The notes below the pieces were generated by a model. It ran no database searches and was not told the DNA's origin. It worked only from the letters and a program-made list of their open reading frames with translations. A DNA stretch of 64,000 nucleotides from Gammaproteobacteria bacterium (GTDB lineage: Bacteria > Pseudomonadota > Gammaproteobacteria > UBA4575). Below, piece after piece: positions 9,321-18,588 of this stretch (position 1 is the first letter of the stretch; each line of letters opens with the position of its first letter). The stretch spans positions 705,616 to 769,615 of the forward strand of contig CP046178.1 of NCBI GenBank assembly GCA_014075255.1, given 5' to 3'. Position numbers and translations under genes: made by a program.

Positions 9321-9737
9321 CTAAGGTGGACACTGTTTAAATACCTGTGCTTTATATAGTTTGTCTTTTGCAAAGTGCAAATTTGTAATTTTTTCATTTG
9401 CTTGGGCGCTACTATCTGTAGCGAGGTAGGCAGGCAAGAAAAATAGACTGCCAAAAAATCCAATAGTTTGATTAGAATCTCGCTTATCACCTATTTCTTG
9501 GCTTTGTATAACGTGCTCGCTATTAAGTTCCACTAATTCTTGCTTTATTTCTTCACAAGTTAAGTTTGCAGTCTCAGGGTCAAAATCATCTACACTTAGC
9601 CTATGTTTTGAGTGCACAGAGCCATAATCTGGAGGTAGATCTGGTGCACTTGTGGCGCATCCGTATAAAGCTAGTAAAAATACGATGATTAGTAAGAACT
9701 TATTCAATGTACTCAACCGCTCTACCTTTACCTTCAA
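9321..9737 (-). CDS. Hypothetical lipoprotein
   Basis: Lipobox 'LALYGC' after a hydrophobic signal. It overlaps the upstream gene by 38 nt, so the true start may differ. Confidence 0.4.
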   Translation of the reverse strand: MKVKVERLSTLNKFLLIIVFLLALYGCATSAPDLPPDYGSVHSKHRLSVDDFDPETANLTCEEIKQELVELNSEHVIQSQEIGDKRDSNQTIGFFGSLFFLPAYLATDSSAQANEKITNLHFAKDKLYKAQVFKQCPP

Positions 9738-10101
9738 GCGCCCCCCCCCAACTCATTAACGAAATCCCTACTTCTCCATATCGTACTAGTATCACTGCGT
9801 CCGCTCCTAACTCTGCAGCTTTTACTTTTAACTTTTCGTCTACCAATACTGGAGTAGGATCTTTGTGAAATATAGTAGTCTTTCGAACAGTCACCGAGAT
9901 ATCTCCTAGTATTTTATATTTCTTATTTGAGATATCTTCTTTAGTTACAAGAATTGAATCGGGAGACTTAACCGCTTTTGCTGATTCAGTAGCAATTTCG
10001 GAATCAGCAGTATTCTCAACATTCTTAACCTTGGATGTACTCCATGTGCTACTACAACTACTCAGAATAACGATTAAAAAACCTATATATGCTAAACGCA
10101 T
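9700..10101 (-). CDS. Lipoprotein with C-terminal YbjQ/UPF0145-like (putative heavy-metal-binding) domain
   Basis: Lipobox 'LSSCSS'. The C-terminal 'AAELGADAVILVRYGEVG' resembles YbjQ-family proteins. Confidence 0.4.
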   Translation of the reverse strand: MRLAYIGFLIVILSSCSSTWSTSKVKNVENTADSEIATESAKAVKSPDSILVTKEDISNKKYKILGDISVTVRKTTIFHKDPTPVLVDEKLKVKAAELGADAVILVRYGEVGISLMSWGGALEGKGRAVEYIE

Positions 10102-10270
10102 AACGCACCTCTCATAAAATTAATAAAGATATTCTGGGAACCTAAGAACAATTCACAACCAACCTGTTTCTAATTGGTTGTGATTATATAACTTATAATA
10201 TTAACTTGGCTATAGAAGCCAGTTTATTACTACCGTTACTGATGTCTGCTTTAGGTTAATAGTAATTAAT

Positions 10271-10870
10271 TTAATTTTTATTTGTTTCATTTCTCCACTT
10301 CCATGGTGGAATAGGATTTTCTGTTTTCCATAAACCTACCTTTTTTGATTTCGCCCAATATTCTTTGCTGTTTAAATCTTTCTGCCTTTCTTTTGGCAAA
10401 TGTTTATAAAATCTTCGCATCACCCAAGCGTGTCCGCAGACGACCATTTTTGCATTCACATTAATCCATTCATTATCTACATTATTTTTGACATAAACAG
10501 TTGCCACCATACGATCATATTTATCGTAACCATGCGGTTCTAATCGAATTTTCTGGCCACCAATAAATCGAATCAAGCCGTATTTAGCCGTATCTCCCCA
10601 AGGTTGGCCATCTTCTGGGCAATCGATTGAATCTAAACGCACTCGAAAATTACTCCAAGCATCTCCAACTATAATCGTATCTCCATCAATCACATGATGA
10701 ACTTTTTTAATTACAACATTTTTTCTATCTAAACTTGATCCTCTCTTATTGGAAACTCCTTTATCAACATAATTTTCTGATTCTGGCTTTGTGCCTTCAT
10801 CTGACTTAAGTCTAAATACTATGGCTAGAGCAATTAATATAACTACAATTAAAAGTACTCCTACTTCCAT
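10271..10870 (-). CDS. Thermonuclease (SNase/staphylococcal nuclease-like) family protein, membrane-anchored
   Basis: N-terminal TM helix and 'VIDGDTIIV...VRLDSIDCPE', the classic SNase active-site region. It lies 28 bp downstream of the MerR-family gene on the same strand. Confidence 0.8.
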   Translation of the reverse strand: MEVGVLLIVVILIALAIVFRLKSDEGTKPESENYVDKGVSNKRGSSLDRKNVVIKKVHHVIDGDTIIVGDAWSNFRVRLDSIDCPEDGQPWGDTAKYGLIRFIGGQKIRLEPHGYDKYDRMVATVYVKNNVDNEWINVNAKMVVCGHAWVMRRFYKHLPKERQKDLNSKEYWAKSKKVGLWKTENPIPPWKWRNETNKN

Positions 10871-10898
10871 TATTTTGCTTGCATTACTTTACTCGATC

Positions 10899-11753
10899 TC
10901 ATTTAGTCATCTCGTATTGCCATTTAAGTATGGCGTGGTCCTCACCTGAAATAATGCCGGTTACTTCATACATATCTGAACTAAGCATGCGGGCGTGTTC
11001 GCAAGAACCGTAGCCGACATCTGTCATTTCGTAATTTAAAAAGATGCAATCCCCTGCAAATGCTATTTTTCCGGTTACATCACCAAAGGTAGAGCAGTTT
11101 GCTACACAGCGTACTATTTCAGATTCACTCGTTACAATTGGCATGTGTATATTAAATATTCCTGTAGCTTCACCGGGCTCATCAAAGTTAATTTCTCGTA
11201 GAATATTCCAGATCTTATCTTCGTGAGTTACCGTTTGTTTGCCGCTTATGCCAATAGCATCCGCTCCGTATTTTTGAACGGTACCAGTAAATTTCCATTC
11301 TGCTGGTTCTAACAAGTAAGTATGCGTACATAGATTTAATGATGATGTTTTAAGATCGGACGGGTCGAACAAGCTATCTAAGAAGCTACACCCGTTATAT
11401 TCACGAACCGGATTTGTATGCGCCTGCATGAAGTCTAGTGTTCTTTTTATAGCGGCAATATCTGCTAACCGCTGGCCAATTTCTTTACTTTTACGACGAA
11501 TCAAAAACATAACATCCTGGTATGAATTACCGAGGTAATCGAAATCGAGTAGCTGTTTAATTTCGCCTAAACTGAAACCAAGATCTTTGGCTCGTTCGAT
11601 GAACGTGAGTTCTTTTATAGAATTATCGTTATATATGCGATAGCCGCTTCTTTTCCGATGCGTAGGTTGCAGCAGCCCTTGCCGTTCGTAGTATCTGATT
11701 GTGTCGACATTCACCCCAGTTTCTGCCGATAACTTGCCTATTTTGAATTCCAT
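10899..11753 (-). CDS. MerR-family transcriptional regulator with about 170-aa C-terminal domain of unknown type
   Basis: N-terminal 'MEFKIGKLSAETGVNVDTIRYYERQGLL' is a MerR HTH. The likely true start is the ATG at 11753, preceded by GGAGG. The ORF-track start at 11768 is a TTG inside the promoter. Confidence 0.8.
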   Translation of the reverse strand: MEFKIGKLSAETGVNVDTIRYYERQGLLQPTHRKRSGYRIYNDNSIKELTFIERAKDLGFSLGEIKQLLDFDYLGNSYQDVMFLIRRKSKEIGQRLADIAAIKRTLDFMQAHTNPVREYNGCSFLDSLFDPSDLKTSSLNLCTHTYLLEPAEWKFTGTVQKYGADAIGISGKQTVTHEDKIWNILREINFDEPGEATGIFNIHMPIVTSESEIVRCVANCSTFGDVTGKIAFAGDCIFLNYEMTDVGYGSCEHARMLSSDMYEVTGIISGEDHAILKWQYEMTK

Positions 11754-11779
11754 ATTTGTGTCCTCCAATTGGTGCTGGA

Positions 11780-11810
11780 ACTTTAAACTCTGACCCTACT
11801 CCAGAGTCAA
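11780..11810 (-). promoter_or_regulatory. MerR-type promoter: -35 TTGACT, 19-bp spacer carrying dyad ACTCTG-N9-CAGAGT, -10 TAAAGT
   Basis: On the minus strand, TTGACT (11810-11805) and TAAAGT (11785-11780) are separated by exactly 19 nt. The dyad lies inside the spacer. The -10 sits 27 nt upstream of the merR-family start. Confidence 0.5.
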
Positions 11811-12096
11811 GTGGTTACGGAATTTAATTATTTAATACTGTAACTATTCTTCTATAATTATATTTATGGGCTTTTTTAAGGAAGCCTGTAGAGAATGACT
11901 GTTAAACAATGACTTAGCAGATTTTTAGAAGGCACATTCGAGCATTGAATGAAGGGTTCATCTGTGACGATTTATCGCAGTAAACTATGAGGCCACCCTC
12001 TTAAGTTAGCGGTAAGTAGTAGAATGTTATGTGCAATTGGAAGTGCTGCACCACCGATTGAAAATGGATTAATGCATTCTATTTCCACTCATCCAT

Positions 12097-12579
12097 TTGG
12101 GAATTATTATGAAAAAGAAAATTATTATTGCCATTATCTTAGTGTTGATCATTGGGTTATTAGCCTTTGCTAACATGAATAAGATAAGTTCTGTCTCATG
12201 GATCCCATGGGGAGACATTAATAATACAAATGGAATAGCAATGAGTGGTTATGACCCGGTTGCCTATTTTACTTTAAACCGAGCCACTGTAGGTGATGAG
12301 ACGATTTCCTATAACTGGAAAAACGTTGAGTGGCAATTTGCATCAACAGAACATTTAGCACTGTTTAAAGAAACTCCAGAAAAATATGCTCCTCAGTATG
12401 GTGGATATTGTGCAACGGCCATCAGCATTGGATTAACCGCGGACGTTGACCCTAGAAGTTGGCATATAGAAGACGGAAAATTGTATTTATTTTTCAATGG
12501 TGACCCTAAAAATGATTATATAGCTGATATCGGAGATGGCATTATTCAAAAATCAGAGTCTAAGTGGAACAATAGATAA
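12097..12579 (+). CDS. YHS domain-containing protein (membrane-anchored)
   Basis: N-terminal TM helix and a 'GYDPVAYF...GGYCATAIS' YHS/TRASH-like pattern. It is divergent from the MerR-family gene. Confidence 0.5.
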   Translation: MGIIMKKKIIIAIILVLIIGLLAFANMNKISSVSWIPWGDINNTNGIAMSGYDPVAYFTLNRATVGDETISYNWKNVEWQFASTEHLALFKETPEKYAPQYGGYCATAISIGLTADVDPRSWHIEDGKLYLFFNGDPKNDYIADIGDGIIQKSESKWNNR

Positions 12580-12635
12580 CGCGTAGGGTTTATTTAAAAT
12601 ATTCGAACCTGTTCAAGTGATATGGAGAATGAGTT

Positions 12636-13341
12636 ATGAAAAATAATATCGTCTCGCATAATGAGTGGATTGAGGCACGAAAAGCATTCTTAACTAAAGA
12701 AAAGGAATTTACTAAATTACGTGATGAACTCAGTCAGCAGCGTCGAGAATTACCTTGGGAGAAAGTAGATAAGGAATATATTTTTGAAGGCCTCAATGGA
12801 CCCATTTCTTTGTCTGATTTATTTGATGGTCGCACCCAGCTAATTATTTATCATTTTATGTATGGCGCTGACTGGGAAGCGGGTTGCCCCAGTTGCTCGC
12901 TACTCACTGATCATTTTAATCCCGCCATTATTCATCTTAACCATCGAGATGTTTCCATGGCAGTGATTTCCAAAGCGCCTTATACAAAATTAGCAGAATA
13001 CAAAAAGCGTATGAATTGGGGCCTTAATTGGGTGTCTTCATTTAAAAACGACTTCAATCGTGACTATCATGTTTTCATTTACACAAGATGAAATCGATAA
13101 TAATAAAATTTATTATAATTATCAGAAGGATGCATTTCCCAGCACAGAAGCGCCAGGGGTAAGTGTCTTCATTAAAGAAGATGACGGAAGCATTTATCAC
13201 ACGTATTCTACTTACGCACGTGGCCTAGATATGTTTATTACGGCCTATCATTACTTAGACTTGGCACCAAAAGGACGCGACGAAGACGACCTGTCTTTTA
13301 CGATGGAGTGGGTGCGTCGACACGACGAATACGAACGTTAA
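12636..13341 (+). pseudogene. DUF899 (thioredoxin-like) family gene interrupted by a -1 frameshift near 13070-13085
   Basis: Two overlapping ORFs (12636..13091 and 13060..13341) in different frames together cover the full DUF899 architecture. The shift lies in the run 'catgttttcattt'. Confidence 0.6.
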
Positions 13342-13435
13342 CCCATCAAAATTATATTCGTTTATTAGGCATGTAACTAAGAGGTTATCTGCAAAAATAG
13401 CCTCTTAGTTTTTATATGTAAAACTTAGTGATTCG

Positions 13436-13786
13436 CTATAGAACTCCAAACTTACGTTGCCCTACATAAAAAGCAGTACCTGAAGACTCTGAAGAAAACG
13501 TAATGGTGGTACCTGCATCAAAATAAACCACGTCGCCTGGTTTCATTTGAACGGTTTCGCCACCCTTCTCAGTTAAAGACATCTCTCCTTCTAGCATGAT
13601 CTTACATTCATCATAACTGTAGGTGTATTCCAATGGATTGCCGGCTTCCATTCGGAAAAAGCCGCCACTAATAGGTGCTGCTTCATTTTCAGAAGCTACC
13701 GTATCCTGCAAAAATGCATTTATACCATCAATATTTAATGATGAAATTTCTTTAGACTGTGCTTTATTAAAATATTTCATTGCCAT
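13436..13786 (-). CDS. Cupin-domain protein (EutQ/DUF861-like)
   Basis: 116 aa with a 'GDVVYFDAGTTITF' cupin motif. It has a paralog at 17982..18329. Confidence 0.55.
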   Translation of the reverse strand: MAMKYFNKAQSKEISSLNIDGINAFLQDTVASENEAAPISGGFFRMEAGNPLEYTYSYDECKIMLEGEMSLTEKGGETVQMKPGDVVYFDAGTTITFSSESSGTAFYVGQRKFGVL

Positions 13787-13973
13787 TTTTAGATTCCTTT
13801 TTTATTGAAAATTTCCAAATTAATTTTAACCAGCGCTCATAATAAATGATTATGGCTAATATAATCATGGGTGCTTAAATTATATTCTATGAAATGTGTG
13901 TGATTATCTTTATAAAAAAATAAGCGTCCTTGCTAAACACTGAAGAATTCCTGTTCGTCCAGATAGGAGGTGA

Positions 13974-15029
13974 CTATTTATTCATCGTAAGGAGGAGTTT
14001 TAATCGATAATTATCAGCCACCACTGCCAGTATCAGCAAAATGCCGATTACCACCATTTGTAAATAAGAATTAAGCTGCAAAAGATTCATACCGTTTTGC
14101 ACAAGAATGATAAATATTGCCCCCAAAACTACGCCACTTAATTTTCCTATACCGCCAAAAATACTTACGCCACCAATTGCACACGCCGCAATGGACATAA
14201 GAGGATATTCGACCCCTATATTAGATTCCCCGCTCTCTAATCTTGCTGTGAGTAATAATGTTGCAATGCCTGTTATTAAGCCTGCTATCACATAGGTAAA
14301 AAATATGACTCGTTTTGTATTTATGCCTGACAATTCAGCGGCTTTAGGATTTCCACCAATTGCATAAAAGTAACGTCCTAGACGGGTCCAGTTAATTAAA
14401 AAGTACATGCCGATAATAATAAGAACGGTTATACATACCGGAACAGAAATGCCAAATACTTTTCCATATCCAAAGAAATCTGAAAAACCTCCTGGCATTC
14501 CATAAACCGGTGTTCCTCCCGTCACGTAAAAAGCAAGCCCTGCTACAATTGAAGATACAGCTAACGTCATTACAAACGGTGGCACATCAAATACTGCAAT
14601 ACCAATGCCATTAAACGCACCAATGGCCATCGTTGTTGCCATTCCTGCTAAGCAACCCATGGCAATCACTAGCGCTGGAGACATGCCACTTGATGCAAGT
14701 GCCACCATCGTCATAGAGGTGGTCACCGAGCTCATGGCAAACATCGTGCCTATGGATAAGTCCAGGCCACGCGTTAATAAGACAATCATCTGAGCCATTG
14801 CGGCCAGTACCAAATAAGTTGATTGGCGTGCTACGGTAGAAAGATTAGATTCTGTAAGAAAAGTATCTGTAGTACTGGTTAGAAAAATAACGGCAATGAC
14901 TAAAAACCAAGGTAGCACTCCCGCTTTAACAAAGACTATTTTTAGTAAATTGATGGCTTTCTCAACTACGCCTGTTTCTATAAACCCTTCATGGATACTT
15001 TCAGCCTGATTCGAACTCATTGTGAACAC
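13974..15029 (-). CDS. Sugar ABC transporter permease (CUT2/RbsC-like)
   Basis: 351 aa with about 10 TM helices and a branched-chain/ribose-type permease composition. It overlaps the ATPase gene by 13 nt. Confidence 0.85.
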   Translation of the reverse strand: MFTMSSNQAESIHEGFIETGVVEKAINLLKIVFVKAGVLPWFLVIAVIFLTSTTDTFLTESNLSTVARQSTYLVLAAMAQMIVLLTRGLDLSIGTMFAMSSVTTSMTMVALASSGMSPALVIAMGCLAGMATTMAIGAFNGIGIAVFDVPPFVMTLAVSSIVAGLAFYVTGGTPVYGMPGGFSDFFGYGKVFGISVPVCITVLIIIGMYFLINWTRLGRYFYAIGGNPKAAELSGINTKRVIFFTYVIAGLITGIATLLLTARLESGESNIGVEYPLMSIAACAIGGVSIFGGIGKLSGVVLGAIFIILVQNGMNLLQLNSYLQMVVIGILLILAVVADNYRLKLLLTMNK

Positions 15030-16651
15030 CCTTCCTTTTCAAAGAAATACTTGAGTACATTTTGTTCTGATAATTGTTCTTTTGGTAATTCCGTCTGCAG
15101 CGCACCACGATGCATTACGTATGCACGATGCGCTAGATTTAAAATTTCTGGTAAATCAGACGATATGAGTAATACACCCGCACCTTTTTCACATAGCTCT
15201 GCAATAAATTTGTAAATTAACATTCGTGCACCCACATCTACACCCACCGTGGGCTCATCGAATATAAAAAGTTTGACGTCTCGAACTAACGCCTTACCTA
15301 TTAATGCTTTTTGTTGATTGCCACCTGAAAAATGTTCGACATCGCGTTCAATATTGGGTGGATTTATATCTAATTTTTTAGATACATCTTCGATTTTTTT
15401 CTTTTCTTCTGATCTTCGTAGAAACCAATTATAGGAAAAGGCTTTTAACCCAAGAGAAGCTAAAGATACATTTTCTCTAACATTTTGAACCATCACTAAC
15501 CCTTCTTCTCGTCTATCCGATGGCACGTAATACATGCCGCGGTCTAGCATCACGCGAGGCTTTAAGGTGTTTATATGACGCTTACTGCAGTAAACTGTGT
15601 CGCCACAAAATTTTATTTTTCCACTTGTAATATTTTCTATCCCAAATACAGCACGCCCTACTTGTGATTTTCCTGACCCCACAAGTCCCGCAATTCCAAC
15701 CACTTCCCCGCTTTTAATTTGCATAGATACATCTTGTAAAACATTATTTTGAAGTGTTAAATTTTCAATTGTTAATAATGCTTTATCCGGTTTTGCTTGA
15801 ATGTCTGGAAAGACTTGATCAATTATCCGGCCGGTCATCAATTCAACTAATTTTTGCTCACTGGCTTCTTTAACGGGTATGGTTGATACAAATTTACCGT
15901 CGCGAAGAACCGTAATACGATCACCAATTCTCTGAATTTCATTAATTCTATGCGTGATGTAAATGATTCCAATTCCTTCTTGCTTAAGTTCTTCAATTTT
16001 TGAAAAAAGCTGATCTGTTTCACGCTCAGTGAGTGAAGCTGTAGGCTCATCTAGAATTACAATTGAAGGTTTGGTGCGAAATGCTTTTGCTATTTCTACC
16101 ATCTGCTGTTCTGCACGAGATAAATACATCACTAAACTATCAGGATCGAGAGGAAATCCTAATCGGCCTAGTGTTTCATTAGCTTTTTCGCGTAATTGGT
16201 TTTTATTTAGGAATGGTCCTCTGGTCATCTCTGAACCCAGAAATAAATTTTCTCCTACCGTTAATTGCGGAATAATAGAAAATTCTTGAAAAACCGCACT
16301 GATACCGAGATTTCGCGCTTGATGCACAGATTGCAGTTCTACCTCCTGCCCATTTAGTAAGATCTTGCCTTTTGTTGGAAGATGCACACCCGCAATGGCT
16401 TGAACAAGTGTTGACTTGCCTGCGCCATTCTCACCAAATAACACGTGCACTTCACCACTTCTTACATCAAGGCTTACATTATCTAGCGCTAATGTGCCTG
16501 GAAATTGTTTAGAGATATTCTCTACACGTAGCAGTACTGAATTTTCAACTGCTTTCATTACTTTATCCTTGTCAAAAGGAGTCGACTTCAAACCATTAAT
16601 CGACTCCCTTACTGCAGTTTCTTCAACACGAATTTTAAATTGAGCAGACAT
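15017..16651 (-). CDS. Sugar ABC transporter ATP-binding protein with two ABC domains (RbsA/MglA-like)
   Basis: Two Walker A motifs (GENGAGKST; GLVGSGKS), two signature/Walker B sets, and 544 aa. Confidence 0.9.
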   Translation of the reverse strand: MSAQFKIRVEETAVRESINGLKSTPFDKDKVMKAVENSVLLRVENISKQFPGTLALDNVSLDVRSGEVHVLFGENGAGKSTLVQAIAGVHLPTKGKILLNGQEVELQSVHQARNLGISAVFQEFSIIPQLTVGENLFLGSEMTRGPFLNKNQLREKANETLGRLGFPLDPDSLVMYLSRAEQQMVEIAKAFRTKPSIVILDEPTASLTERETDQLFSKIEELKQEGIGIIYITHRINEIQRIGDRITVLRDGKFVSTIPVKEASEQKLVELMTGRIIDQVFPDIQAKPDKALLTIENLTLQNNVLQDVSMQIKSGEVVGIAGLVGSGKSQVGRAVFGIENITSGKIKFCGDTVYCSKRHINTLKPRVMLDRGMYYVPSDRREEGLVMVQNVRENVSLASLGLKAFSYNWFLRRSEEKKKIEDVSKKLDINPPNIERDVEHFSGGNQQKALIGKALVRDVKLFIFDEPTVGVDVGARMLIYKFIAELCEKGAGVLLISSDLPEILNLAHRAYVMHRGALQTELPKEQLSEQNVLKYFFEKEGCSQ

Positions 16652-16695
16652 TTTTAATATTCGCCTACTTAATTAACTTATGTGTTACATAGAGG

Positions 16696-17877
16696 TCAGT
16701 CCACACGGAACACAGGCTTCCATCCATCTGGCGCTAAGGTAGATGCTGGATCGAAATCGTTGTAATTTTCTTTCGTTACAACGGTTGGTACGGGTTGAAC
16801 ATGCTCAGTAATGCGGTCTGGGTTTTTGTATTCTGGTGAACCACCCGTTGACATTGGAAGACCTTCAAGAATACGTACGGCTTGATCGATAGCAATTTGA
16901 CCTTGTAGCACCATGTGATCGGTTGGCGCCATATCCATACGACCTTGCTTTAAGAGAATGTGTGATCCGGTATTGTAGTAATAAGCTACCAATCTGGTGG
17001 TGTCTTGAATTCCGCGATCACGTACTACGCCTACTGCAGCTTCAATTGTGGGTGTTGCACCTACAATATAGTTTAGATCTGTAGTGCCACCTTTTGTTCG
17101 AGAAGCAACAACATCTTCTACAAGTTTTAACTGGATACTTTTCCCTGTATCGCCCCATTTCGTGGCAATGATTTCAACATCACTACCTTTAACCGCATCA
17201 TGACAACCCTTATCACCGGCTACTGACCATGCTGCACCCGGAGGACCTGGGAACCATGCCGCTGAAGTTTTACCGCTTCCTTCAGGATGTTTCTGAGCAA
17301 TCCAATCGCATGCAAGATATCCAAGTAAATACCAGCTTTCTAAAATTTTTGCATCGACTTGTGTGCCAATACCATTTACAAGATCTACAACCGGAATTCC
17401 TTTGCCTCGAATTTCATCGACTTGATTGATATTACCTTTACCTGAAATAGCCGATAGAATTAACGCATCAGCCCCCGCCGATATACAATCTTCTACTTGG
17501 CGAAGTTGTCGTTCAAGATTTGTGTAACCGCCCGCTTCTAATAACGTGACTTTTTGACCCAGTCTTTTGCCTTCAGAAATAATTCCATAAGCCACACCTA
17601 CCCAGTAAGAATCTTTCAAATGGGGAAAAGACACACATATGTTGTGTTTCTTTTTAATTTGATCAGGGCTAAGGGGGACATATTTAGCACCGGGTAGTTT
17701 TGCAGCATTGTTTTCTGGCAATGCCCAACATTCATCCGTTCCACCCGAACAAGATGGGTTATAGGGGTTTACATCTGCTGGCCACCAATCTTTTGCATTC
17801 AGTGACGAGGTAACCATTATGACTGCTGCGAATAGTACAGCATACATAACTGAGTTTAATAATACTTTCATAAACAC
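16696..17877 (-). CDS. Periplasmic substrate-binding protein, PBP type I (TorT/sugar-binding-like)
   Basis: Signal peptide and a periplasmic-binding-protein I fold pattern. It is adjacent to the CUT2 ABC genes. Confidence 0.7.
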   Translation of the reverse strand: MFMKVLLNSVMYAVLFAAVIMVTSSLNAKDWWPADVNPYNPSCSGGTDECWALPENNAAKLPGAKYVPLSPDQIKKKHNICVSFPHLKDSYWVGVAYGIISEGKRLGQKVTLLEAGGYTNLERQLRQVEDCISAGADALILSAISGKGNINQVDEIRGKGIPVVDLVNGIGTQVDAKILESWYLLGYLACDWIAQKHPEGSGKTSAAWFPGPPGAAWSVAGDKGCHDAVKGSDVEIIATKWGDTGKSIQLKLVEDVVASRTKGGTTDLNYIVGATPTIEAAVGVVRDRGIQDTTRLVAYYYNTGSHILLKQGRMDMAPTDHMVLQGQIAIDQAVRILEGLPMSTGGSPEYKNPDRITEHVQPVPTVVTKENYNDFDPASTLAPDGWKPVFRVD

Positions 17878-17981
17878 TTCTCCTTCGATTTTGTTTTCAA
17901 TTATTGTTATCTAAATTTAAAATTTTTATGTTTCTTAAATCATTTACGGACATCTCAAAATTATTTGATTTAATTCTTTGA

Positions 17982-18329
17982 TTAAAGAACACCTTCTTTA
18001 CGTTGCCCAACATAAAAAGCCAATCCAGATGATTTCGATTCGAAAGTCACCGATGTGCCTTTATCAAAATAAACAACATCACCTGGTTTTAACGTGCACG
18101 TCACACCGCTTTCGGTAATCGTCATTTCCCCTTCCAGCATAATTTTGCATTCGTCATAGCTGTACGTGTAATCAAGCGGATTACCCAAATCCATGCGAAA
18201 CATTCCACATGTAATGGGTGCACTTTTATTATTGGACGACACGACGTCTTGAAGAAACACATTAATTCCATCCATGTTTAAAGACTCAATATCCATCGAT
18301 TGAGTTTTTTCAAAATATTTCATTCCCAT
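17982..18329 (-). CDS. Cupin-domain protein (EutQ/DUF861-like), paralog of 13436..13786
   Basis: 115 aa, about 65% identical to the other cupin. 'YSYDECKIMLEGEM' is conserved in both. Confidence 0.55.
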   Translation of the reverse strand: MGMKYFEKTQSMDIESLNMDGINVFLQDVVSSNNKSAPITCGMFRMDLGNPLDYTYSYDECKIMLEGEMTITESGVTCTLKPGDVVYFDKGTSVTFESKSSGLAFYVGQRKEGVL

Positions 18330-18588
18330 AATTTTTCCTTATCTTTCTTATTGGAAATACAATGTGTATTTATTTGACTAAATCTAATTGAGTGCTGAAA
18401 TTACTTTTTTTGTATATAAATATTTATAATTCTTATGAGTTTAGTATTGCGAGTTATATTTGGAATGGATATGACAAAATACTCCTAAAATTACAAAATA
18501 ATTTATTCGCATATGACAATAAATACTCATATCAATGCGAATCAGATCAAGTATATTTATATTCTTTATTATTATTTAGGATGCCAAT

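Noticed and set aside
10155-10183. 9-bp inverted repeat CACAACCAA-N11-TTGGTTGTG between the nuclease and lipoprotein genes
   Set aside because: It is not followed by a T-run on the transcribed strand and has no recognisable operator consensus. It may be a weak attenuator, but the evidence is insufficient.
12636-13341. Two separate small genes (151 aa and 93 aa)
   Set aside because: Together they reconstitute a single DUF899 protein across a frameshift, so they are annotated as one disrupted gene.
16696-17877. TorT-like protein as a sign of a TorS/TorR TMAO-sensing system
   Set aside because: No sensor kinase or response regulator is adjacent. The gene heads a complete CUT2 ABC transporter, so it is more simply the transporter's binding protein.
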